Shown here in pieces: positions 53,341-64,000 of a DNA stretch of 64,000 bases. The notes beneath the pieces were generated by a model, which worked only from the letters and a program-made list of their open reading frames with translations, had not been told where the DNA came from and ran no database searches. The stretch is from Octopus vulgaris (lineage: Eukaryota), in contig CATOCA020000001.1 in the NCBI GenBank assembly GCA_951406725.2, positions 1,054,001 through 1,118,000 of the forward strand. Direction: 5' to 3'. Position 1 is the stretch's first letter; each line of letters begins with the position of its first letter. Both the position numbers and the translations under genes were made by a program.

Positions 53341-53831
53341 TAAGAAAAGGTTGAGGTGAGATGCTGGAATCTTTCTATTTCTCTGCTGATTTTCCCGGAT
53401 GCTGTAACTTCATAAATTCCAATTCAATCCGTACACTTCGGTAAATTTCTTATTTACTTTTGCAACGTTTTGTGTTTTCTTTTTGTTGTTGTTGACGGAA
53501 TTACTGATAAAAATAAGTTCATAATTTACTGACAGGAGTAACTTCAAACATTTCACTTAAACCCGCGCACATTGTTAATTTCCCTAAAAATTTCTTATTT
53601 ACTTTTGCGGCGGTTTTTTGTTTATCTGTTGTTAATGGCTTTTTTCTGGGTCCTTCGATACTGGCACTTTGGTTTAGTAAGTGACACATTTCGCTTCAAC
53701 CCGTACAATTCTTTATTCTCCGTAAAACTATCTTGTTAATGTTCTGCTTGTCGTATTAAGAAATATAATTTTCGTTACCCAGTTTTTTTCATTGTTTACT
53801 ATCTTCTGCACTCGTGTATTTCTGTATAACC

Positions 53832-54010
53832 ATGCCTAGAAGGAAGGTGTCAAATTTGTCTAAAATGTGAAGCTAAAACCAAAAGAATGTCTCTGTCCAA
53901 GGAAAGAGAAACAGCTGCAGAAAGGGAAGCATGCCAAGAAACGAACAGACTGTGCACTACGAAAAAGCTAGAGCATCTCAGAGTGAGGAACAGAGGTATA
54001 CACGGCTGAC
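53832..54010 (+). pseudogene. Isolated Helitron-type ORF start fragment
   Basis: MPRRKVSNLS..KERETAAEREA..ASQSEEQR resembles the MPNRK..ETQEAREARL start at 31024; preceded by degenerate ~130 bp tandem units (53420-53740). Confidence 0.45.
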
Positions 54011-54515
54011 AAGGAATAAGATCTCCACTGCAGAGAGACAAGGAATAAGATCTCCACTAATTACATTTATTTTTGACTGAGTATTCGTTTTCCTCTCCTC
54101 CCTATTTTCTTTCTTCTTTCTCTTCTACTACTTTCTTTTCCCTCTAAGCAGTTATGAAAGCGATAGCTCATTAGGTCACTTTATCTAAAGAGGAACGCAA
54201 GACTTCCTCGTTCATATTTGAATCTTTTGCATGTCTGCAGTCTTATTTGTATTTTATTCGTTCCCCAACTAGATGGCGATATAACAACATGCCAGATGAC
54301 ACTCGAAATCTTTAGTCACACACAACTTTATCGATGTGCCTGATGGGATCCAGACTGATCGATGCAGCACAACACGTTGAACTGAGTCCCACACATAAAG
54401 GACAATAGCAAGACGGGTCGAAACGAAAGTTGTACAGAATATAATTTAATACCAGATCCATCATTTCGTTACTTAATATAATTATGTATACACAAATACA
54501 CATAAACCCGCAAAC

Positions 54516-54611
<96 letters not shown>

Positions 54612-54759
54612 ATATATATATATATATACATATCTGTTTGCGTGTTTGTGTGTATTTGTGTATACATAATTATATATATATTTATATATATATATATATA
54701 ATACTATTTTTGTTCCACTTCTTCGCGCTGTTGTGGTTTTTTGTGCTTTGTTGTTTAGA

Positions 54760-54806
<47 letters not shown>

Positions 54807-54810
<4 letters not shown>

Positions 54811-56760
54811 GCTGGGTCAACCCGTGAAACCTACCGACTAAGCAATTTTCTAGACATCCTACTGAAACCCTTGCTGAAATACATCAAAAGTTTCATTAGG
54901 GAAAAAAACAATTAATGAAGAAGCAACATTGGTCACCCTCGGTGTTATCAATCTTTACACCAACATCTCCCTTGACTTTGGAATAAAATCAATTAAATTC
55001 TGGTTGGAAAAGTACTCGCGAAATGCATAAACCTGGTTTTTATAATTGAATCCTTAAAATTTATACTTCAGAACAATTATTTTCTATTTGATGACACATA
55101 CTATTGTCAGAAATGCGGACGTGCGATGGGGACGAAAGCAGCTCCTGTTCTTGCGAACCTAATAATGGGTTATTTTGAATTCACCTTATATGAAGTATCA
55201 CTTCAGAAATATTGTTACCCATTTTACCTCTACATTAGAGAAAATTGGAAGAGATACCTAGATGACTGCTTTATCGTCTGGAAGGAGAACATCGACAAAC
55301 TCTTGGATTTCAAATCAACACTAAATGACATTAGCAGTAACATTCAATTCACAATGGAATATAACAAAGAACAAGTCCCATTTTTAGACGTCATGATAAG
55401 AAAAGTTAACAATGAAATCATAACTGACATTTATTCATAAACCAACTGATTCAAAACAATATCTTCTCTTTAACTCATGCCACCCGAAACACATCAAAGT
55501 AAACATCCCTTTCAATTTAGCAAAAGGTTCTGCACAATAGTGTCTGATAGAACAACTCGGGACCTTCGTCTTCAAGACCTCAAAACAATACTTATTGAAA
55601 GACAATATCCAACCTCATTTATCGACGAAAGAATCAAACGTGCCAAACAATTAGACACGAAAACACTAAGGACAACAAAACATAACACCACACTCAACTC
55701 AAAACATTACTATTTATATCAATACACAACCACAGAAACAGTGAGGCATTCACCTCTATTGTGCAAACTCTTCCTTTGCTAAATAGAGATTCAAAAAGGA
55801 ACGACAACCTGAAAACACAGAAACTCATAAAATGCAAAAAAAACAAGACAAATTGCTAAAGAGACTTCTAACAAATGCGAAGCTTTACAAAGCAACCAAA
55901 AAACCAACGGTTGAAAAATGTGGACGCCCAAACTGTGGAACCTGCCCCAACCTGCTTGAAGGCTCGGACTTCCTTTTCAAACAAGGACAGAGGTTTCACA
56001 ATTAAAACTAGTTTCACTTGTGCATCTGAGAACCTAATTCATGTAAGAACCTGCTCGGGTTGAGGACACCACTATATTAGACAAACGAGTATGACCAGGA
56101 GAAAGAGAACGACTCTACATAAAGGGCAAATCCGTTTCCCGGAATACAGACAAATTCCTCTCAGTGAACATATAGAAACTTGTGCCGGTAACATCAAACC
56201 AAATTTCACACTCTTCCCTTTTTACCAGTGCAAAGACGCACTCTCTCAACTAGAGCGTTTAAATAAAGAAACTTTTTTACGTTGAAAAAGGCAAACAAAT
56301 GCCTTAATATCCACGCATAACCAACTGTTATCTTTTTTATATATTTCAATTCACGATTACATCACTGTACATAAATCCCCTACTAAACAAGGTTTTTGAA
56401 ACTTGTCTGTCTGTACTCCTATATAATCCGCACCCATTACCGAAAGCTAAACCGTTATCTCCCTTAGCCACAACAAAAACAAGAATAAAGACAACCAATA
56501 ACCGCCCTTTATTTATCCACTTGTGAAGTCATTCACTCGTGAATTTCATCACACACAACATGGACAAAATTTCTAAGAAAAAATATATATTCAAAAAAGT
56601 AAAATATAATATCATGAATAGCGATATCGAAACCGGTCAATATATTAAAAATTATATTAAAACTATGTAAGTGTGCGTATTTTACTTTTTAAATTTCTTA
56701 TATACATGACAACTCACCACGTGGGGATAATCGAAATTCCTCCGTTCTGTTACTACAACT
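54807..56760 (+). mobile_element. Penelope-like element (RT + GIY-YIG endonuclease), 5'-truncated and decayed
   Basis: RLSNFLDILLKP, MGTKAAPVLANLIMG, WKRYLDDCF, PFLDV, SCHPKH, CGRPNCGTC, FTCASENLI..C..HYIRQT. Confidence 0.9.
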
Positions 56761-56932
56761 ACTACTATATACATACATACATATATATAGGATATGAGAG
56801 GTAATGTTGTCAAGGAGACCCAAATGTGTCAGTTAAAGCTGAGTAAGTACTATGGACATGCAAATGAGGAGTCCAACGTAGGTCATATTTTAACATCTAT
56901 ATGTATAAAATCAACAGAAGGAATTAAAAATG

Positions 56933-57168
56933 CAAGGCTGTGAAATATTTAAGAACTTTTCTAAAGAAAAGACGTTACAGCTGTTTCCGGGATATTTATG
57001 TATCTCTTTATCGGAGACGTTGCAAGAAGATGGTTAAGCAATAGGTATTCTAGAATACCTATTGCTTAACCATTCTCTCACACCGTCCTCGATGAAAGGA
57101 TATATAAAATATCCCTGGAACAGCTGAAAGACCTCTCTATAAATGTTCTGAAATCTTTCACAGCCTTG
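56933..57168. repeat. Spacerless palindrome with a degenerate hammerhead-like core in each arm
   Basis: Perfect 22+22 bp centre atggttaagcaataggtattct|agaatacctattgcttaaccat; outer arms diverged; GAAA-cagctg-TA motif on minus strand at ~56975-57015 and its mirror at ~57085-57130. Confidence 0.75.
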
Positions 57169-57274
57169 GACATTTATCTGATTCATTTATATATATATAT
57201 ATAAAAATATACATATATGTATATACAAACACACACACACACACGCACACACACACACACATACAGGAATACAT

Positions 57275-57625
57275 ACAGGATAAATAGGAAATTTAACACC
57301 GTTGTTGAGATCAAGATGTCCTCAAGAGGCCGGATACCAAAAGTGTCAAGAAAGCTGGATCGGGTTGTATTCGAAAAGCTTGCTGGTGTATTCCTGCACA
57401 AGGTGACTTTACCGAATGAGATGAAGTTAATATAAGTTAGTTTTATTAAACATAACTCATCCAGGAACATTACGATTCCACTTTGTATGTATACGATGGG
57501 TTTCTTTTAGTTACCTTGAACAAATATACACGAGTTTGTTGTGCTGTAAGCCAAAGTACACGCAGTGGGACTGAATACAGTAGAAAATATTATATCACAT
57601 TCATGCCAACACCTAATCGCATGTA
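57275..57625 (+). repeat. Mariner 3' fragment + SINE remnant (third copy of the shared junction)
   Basis: tttaacacc..ccaaaagtgtcaagaaagc matches 38080-38170; downstream matches 12870-13070. Confidence 0.7.
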
Positions 57626-57639
57626 CATATATATATATA

Positions 57640-58509
57640 CAGGTTGCAACACGAAATTGCCACCATTACCTTTTTAATTTCGCGCATGCGCATTCTTTGT
57701 TTTTGACTTTTGTCGACCACTCAGTATAGTATGATCAGTTGGGTACCGTCTGTGAGGAAACCGGCAATATGGCGTAATTCCCTCTGCCAGAAATTTTGGA
57801 AACGACATGCTGTACTGCTTGGCATCCGTACCGAAAGATCTAATATGAACATTTCAGAGTGTTTGGGTGTCAGTCTGAGGAATGTGCAATTCAAGGACGT
57901 GTACTGAGAGAGATAAAAATCAAACATCCAGTCAACATCATGGTGTTTGGAGTGATCACTAGTGATGGTGACATTATGCTTTCATTCACGGTTTCAGAGT
58001 CAATACGGAGGCCTACATCAAGTCCCTGGAGAAGGTAGTGCTTCCCTGGAGCAAAGGGATAGCTGATGGAAGATCCTATCTCTGGCAGCAAGACTCTGTG
58101 CAATGCCATACAACCAGGAGAACCCAGCCATGGCTGTCAGACAAATTCTGCGACCACATCACACCTAAAATCACGCCATCTAACTCCCCAGACTGGAACC
58201 CCCTTGATTATTATGCATGGGACGCAGTTGACTGAGAGGTCAACAAAACCCCTTGTAACATCAAAGATAAACTGAATACAAGGATTATGGCAGTATTCAC
58301 CAAATTAAACAAGTTGACCGTCCAAAAGAGTTTCAAGAGATTCCGAAGCTGACCGGAAGACGTGGTTTAAGCCAATAGCGATTTTATTGAAGACATTTAC
58401 TTTCAAGATGCTTTTTCTGTTATTTTGGTAAATATACCTGTTAAAATGGGATGTCAGTGTTATTTTCATTTTTGCATAATTTAGATGACACTATATTTAC
58501 CGTACCCTG
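57640..58509 (+). mobile_element. Tc1/mariner superfamily transposon, probably DD37D (maT) type, internally deleted
   Basis: TA|caggttgcaacacgaaatt..atttaccgtaccctg|TA ends; KHPVNIMVFGVITSDG, WQQDSVQCH, SNSPDWNPLDY. Confidence 0.85.
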
Positions 58510-58584
58510 TACAAAATATATATATATATGTATGAGTGTGTGTGTGTTTCTGTGTGTGTGTGTGTGTGTGTGTTTTGTGTGAGG

Positions 58585-61120
58585 ATGCTCTTGAGTGCTA
58601 CTGGTAAATCCTCCAATAGATGATACACAAGATAGCAATCCCTCCACACTATCTATCAAAAGCCGCCTTATCCACATATGGAATGAAAAACGTAAAGCCA
58701 GAAACTTTTCTTTCTGGAATACGATTAAAAACAACCTCAAGGCAGAAATCTACGAACGCTGGTTAAACTCTACACCAATAATTTTGCCTCGTAAATTCCA
58801 ACTTAAACGTATTACAAAGAAGATGACAAAGGAAGTGCGGTAGTAGTGATGAATACAGAATACTACAAAAATTCAATACTTTCCATGTTGGAAAGTAATA
58901 CTTATTATAAGAAATTAATACATAACAACCCACAGAAAACACTGAAAAACTTGCCCTTCTTACTCCAAATTCATGGAAAGGGTCTCACTAAATTTGAAAT
59001 AGACTTTTTACCCAATTTTAAATACGGTCCTAGTCTATTCTACGGATTACCCCCCCCCAAAAAAAAATCCACACGTTTGTGAAGCCTGCAAAGTCTCTAC
59101 AAGCCTATGCATTAATGTCCCTTCCTCTACTGACCTCAAAATGAGACCCATCATAGCTGGGCCTTCTTGTGGAACCCACCGTTTCAGCAATTTCCTCGAC
59201 ATCTAACACAAAACGTTTTTTTAAAAATATGTGAAAAGCTTTATCAGGGATGACCTAGACATGCTGAACCACCTCCCGAATACATTAAAGGAAGGAACCA
59301 TGCTGGTGTCTTTCGATGTGGTGAATCTGTACACCAATATCCCACATGAGTATGGTATAGAAGCAATCACATCCTGGCTAGAAAAATACCCAGAAGAGAT
59401 CCCAGGATACATAAACCACAGATTGATAATCGAAGCACTCAAATTCGTCCTGCTGAAAAACTATTTCATGTTCGATACAACTTACTATCGCAAAAAATGT
59501 GGAATTGCAATGGGAACCTGAGCTGCTCCAGTGATTGCAAACCTTGTAATGGGTTACCTAGAACTGAAGTTATACCAATCATCACTAGAAAATTATGGCG
59601 CCTCTTTTAATTGCTATTTAAAGGAGAATTGGAAGAGGTATTTGGATGATTGCTTCATAATTTGGAAAGACAGCATGGACAAACTCCTTGATTTGAACGT
59701 AATGCTTAACAACATACATAGCAATATACAATTCACTATGGAACACAACAGTAAACAAATCCCTTTTCTAGAGATCTTAATTAAAATAGTTAACCACAAC
59801 ATAGAAACAGATATCTTTTATAAATCCCCAGATTCTAAACAATACCTATTGTTTGACACCCCAAACACATAAAAATTAATACACCTTTTAATCTGGCGAA
59901 AAGAATCTGTACCATAGTTTCGGATACATATATTCTTGAACAAAGACTTCTTGAACTTAGATCAACACTAACTAAAAGACATTACCCAATCTCATTAATA
60001 AATGATGGCATTAGAAGAGATCAGGAAATAGATATACAAATATTAAGGCAAGCCAGCCGAAATTCTAAACCAGACTTAAAAATACTCCCGTACATTTCCA
60101 CACATAACCCTAGAAACATCGAAGCCTTCAATATTATCACCCAAAATCTTCTCATCCTCACAGGAGACAAAACAACGAACGAAATTTTAAGCTCATACAA
60201 AATTTATAAAAAGCAAACTACAACCCAAGTCACTGAAAAAATATTAACCAGCGTAAGACTATATCCACTAACAACAGAGCCAAAAGTGAAAAGATGTGGT
60301 CGTCTCAACTGTGGAACATACCCCAACGTTTTGGATGGTTCATAATTCCTCTTCAAACAGGGTGAAATATTTAAGATCAAATCAAATTTCACCGGACACT
60401 CTGAAAATCTAATCTATACCATGACTTGCTTAGGATGTGGTAAGCACTATATTGGACAAACAGGAATATCCCTCCGTCGAAGAACCACCATGCAAAAGGA
60501 AGAAATTCTCCACCCACAATACAGACAGTGACAGCTTATTGAACACATTGAAAGGTGTGCTAGGATTCCTAATCCTAATTTCCAAATTTTCCACTTCTAT
60601 CAATGTTCACAGAACACCTCATTTGCAACAAAGGTTGAATAAAGAGACAATTTCCATCAATAAATATATTCCCCAACTGAATATAAACACACAACTTAAT
60701 ACAGAACACTACTATCCCTTCAATTAACACCATAAACACCAATACATTCCTTACACCATTCACATTAAAATTCTATATCTAACCTTACAGCACAAAATCC
60801 AGAACTACTTACCTCCCTTACAAATAATCTTTTTATTCAGGCACTATTAGACCTAACACCGTTCATTAGCCGGCGTTCATTCAAAGCAATGAATGGCTTA
60901 TGACGAAAGCATGGTATGCTTTCTGACTCTTTAATCATCTCATAATAATGACTTTTATGACTCTTATTACTACCTCAGTCCATCTAAACGTATATATATG
61001 TCGTTACCTTTCATAAAAAGCTTTTTCTTGTTTTATTTACAATGTGCATTTTCGTTGATTTTTCATATTTTCCCCTTACATTTACACGTGTATTTTCTAA
61101 TTTCTTCTTGTAACATACTT
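58585..61120 (+). mobile_element. Penelope-like element (RT + GIY-YIG), decayed, related to 54807-56760
   Basis: DDKGSAVV, MRPIIAGP, SFDVVNLYTNIP, GIAMGT, WKRYLDDCF, ENLIYTMTCLGCGKHYIGQTG. Confidence 0.9.
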
Positions 61121-61121
61121 C

Positions 61122-61165
<44 letters not shown>

Positions 61166-61169
<4 letters not shown>

Positions 61170-61558
61170 TATTACATTATATAAAAGGGCTTAGTAAAAT
61201 AAATTACTTTGCCGCATACTGAACTCATTAGAAATAGCAGCTAAAAAACTTTTTTAAAGCTATTTCTAATACTTAAAGAAAATCTCTCTCATATATAGTG
61301 TTTGCTTAATTCAACTCACAAAAGTTTGGGGGTAAGGACATCAAAAAATCAAATGCTACTCAACCTTAGCATTTGATTTTTTGATGTCCTTACCCCAAAC
61401 TTTTGTGAGTTGAATTAAGCAAACACTATATATGAGAGAGATTTTCTTTAAGTATTAGAAATAGCTTTAAAAAAGTTTTTTAGCTGCTATTTCTAATGAG
61501 TTCAGTATGCGGCAAAGTAATTTATTTTACTAAGCCCTTTTATATAATGTAATAATTT
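61166..61558. repeat. Near-perfect long inverted repeat (193/192 bp arms, 8 bp spacer)
   Basis: 61166-61358 is the reverse complement of 61367-61558 apart from one G in a homopolymer; spacer ctcaacct. Confidence 0.95.
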
Positions 61559-61643
61559 GAATACGCCTTAAATGGTCCCTTTGCATACTGAACACTTGGT
61601 GAAATTGATTAATAATTAATTAATTTTACCCTCAATTGTTGAA

Positions 61644-61679
<36 letters not shown>

Positions 61680-61989
61680 GTACATACATACAGACATACA
61701 TACATGCATTGCATACATACTACATACATGTATACATGCATACATACATACTTACATATATACATACATACATATATACACATGTATTTTCTATTTTCTT
61801 CTTGTAACATATTTCTAATATATATATCTATATATATATATATATATATAACATATTTCTCCTATATATATATATATATGTATATATATACACTCCTACA
61901 TACATATATACATACATATATACAAACACACATACATACAGAAATGCATACGCTATATATACCCTACATAAATACGGGTGCATGTGGTC

Positions 61990-62203
61990 TTTTATGTGTT
62001 TTTAGATCTACGAGCCTCTGAAACTTTTCGTCCTGTAGTAAAACGAATTTGATATCCGAAATCCGATTCCCAAGGTAAACATCGTCCATAAAATATAATA
62101 AATATCATAATCCTCCACGTGAAATAACCCAACTTTGAGATCTCAACCTCCCACTCTATATCTTTCACTACCCATGTATCTTATATTTGCCATACTATTT
62201 GAT

Positions 62204-62262
<59 letters not shown>

Positions 62263-62730
62263 GTGAATTAAAAATCAATCATTGCTTTCATTTTGTTTAA
62301 AATCTCTCCTACTTCTGTTTTATGATACAAGTGTTCAAACACAAACAGCTTAGCTTCCAAATCTTGTTTTCCAATGGGGTAAAAATGATAAAACTTTGAA
62401 CCTCTGATGTGTTTTCTAAACTTTGTCTCGAATACATCAAAAATTTCCAAATTTCCACATACTTTTCAAATTTCAAATTCTGTGACACAAAGCGAAAAGT
62501 TCGCTCTCTAATTGCTTATTTCTTTCCTTTTCTCATAGTAAACCTTCCCACACTTTATGAAAGTATACCGCTCACACTATCGTGTTCCCAATGTGTGTCG
62601 TGTTCCTAATATATATATAGGTGTGTCTGTGTGTGTGCCATTGTGTCTGCGTGTGTGGATGTAAGAATGTGTTCGTATTTTTGTGCGTTATTGTGTGTAT
62701 ACGTATGTGCAGAAGAATTATACGCATAAA

Positions 62731-62770
<40 letters not shown>
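61990..62770. repeat. Dispersed repeat with (CT)n; 3' part duplicates 1-480
   Basis: See 1-480. Confidence 0.75.
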
Positions 62771-62779
<9 letters not shown>

Positions 62780-63288
62780 GCATACGTATACCCATGCATA
62801 CCAGTATATATCACATATACACACTCACACACATACACTCACACATACATATATATAGAAAGAATATTATCTTCCAATTATTCAAGTCATTAATCAGCAA
62901 CCATCCTGGCAACCCTCCTAGAAAGTATTTTATTCGAATATATTTTCCACGGTATTTAAATTTTGAAAGTCTGTTACTTATTATATCGGTTTCTTTTGAG
63001 GAACTGTTAAGTTACGGGGATGGAATATCTCCAGAGACTAATACAACCACTATAATCAAAGCTCACACACACACATACACCCATGTATATATGTATATAC
63101 ATAAGACAGGCCTCTTTCAGTTTCTGACAACAAAATCTATTCACGACACGAGGATATGGAATTGGACACTTGGTGAAGGCAGCTCGTATTAACAATGACC
63201 CCTACACCATGTGGTTGGAAATCAAGCTTCTTATTACGCGGACACGCCATTGACTTTATACACACATACACTTATATAGATATATATA

Positions 63289-63350
<62 letters not shown>

Positions 63351-63355
<5 letters not shown>

Positions 63356-63500
63356 TAAAGCAGCAGAAAATTCAACAAAACCTGTTACTCTGAGTTTCCC
63401 GTTGCCGTTCATCGGACAGTTTTTGCTAGACACTGTCTGATGTACGGCAACGGGAACTCTGAGTAACAGGTTTTGTTGAATTTTCTGCTGCTTTAAATAA
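63351..63500. repeat. 70 bp inverted repeat, each arm carrying a hammerhead-like core
   Basis: 63351-63420 vs 63432-63500; consensus ctgt-CTGATGA-acggcaacgg-GAAA-ctc(a/t)gag-TA-acag. Confidence 0.85.
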
Positions 63501-63571
63501 AGCATATTACTCTACCAATGGTATTTGAGTACTCTTTTTTCCACCTTGTTTCACATTAATGTGTTTACTCC

Positions 63572-63632
<61 letters not shown>

Positions 63633-64000
63633 GTATATATGTATGTATTGTACGCTCAAGTGGTCACACCTGTTTTATCCTGTTTTAAACACCTACATAT
63701 TGGACTCACTACTGCCTGAACTTTCTGCACCTCTCCGATTCTACACCTCTCCGATTGCCACTGGATATAATTATGGATCTCACGGGACACATCTGTTAAT
63801 GAAAAGTCCCTCCAATACACTACAACTTTTAATCCTTTTTCAACTTCTGTGATTTCCTCATTTTCTTTACTTTTGAAGATCGTAGGGCCGAAACATAAAG
63901 CCCTTTCTCACTTTTCGGAATGTCAAACTAATACACACCTTGTTCATATATCTGTGTTCGTCTTTTGTTTTTCTGCAAATTTCAACTATGTATATATATA

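Noticed and set aside
54008-54058. 22 bp direct repeat gacaaggaataagatctccact (similar small duplications at 4681-4720 and 23121-23160)
   Set aside because: Isolated two-copy slippage-type duplications with no further structure
54267-54280. CTCF-like caactagatggcga
   Set aside because: Single imperfect short match, expected by chance in 64 kb
56515-56645. Hammerhead 3' half cGAAAccggTC downstream of the Penelope ORF
   Set aside because: Position fits a pLTR, but no recognisable CUGANGA half remains

Overview
AT-rich, microsatellite-dense eukaryotic (metazoan) DNA with no intact host protein-coding gene, rRNA or true tRNA that I can support. The SINE and LINE families resemble those I associate with octopus genomes; this is inference, not a database result. 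The window is almost entirely decayed mobile DNA. It holds L1/Tx1-like LINEs and two ORF1-only (HAL1-like) elements, several Penelope-like RT/GIY-YIG remnants, and a near full-length R4/Dong-like element sitting in a (TAA)n tract. It also holds a Ty3/gypsy LTR element inserted in a Helitron, a Helitron nested precisely inside another Helitron, mariner and maT transposons, and tRNA-derived SINEs. The most striking unexplained patterns are three. (1) About ten minimal hammerhead-ribozyme-like cores, several inside short fold-back or direct-repeat modules beside (TA)n tracts (Penelope pLTR/retrozyme-like). (2) An old duplication of a block (about 12.8-18.2 kb vs about 38.2-51.9 kb) whose copies carry different insertions and deletions. 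(3) A roughly 200 bp hairpin-rich segment of that block that I cannot assign to a repeat family. Most ORF-track entries are microsatellite artefacts. Coordinates of decayed elements are approximate.
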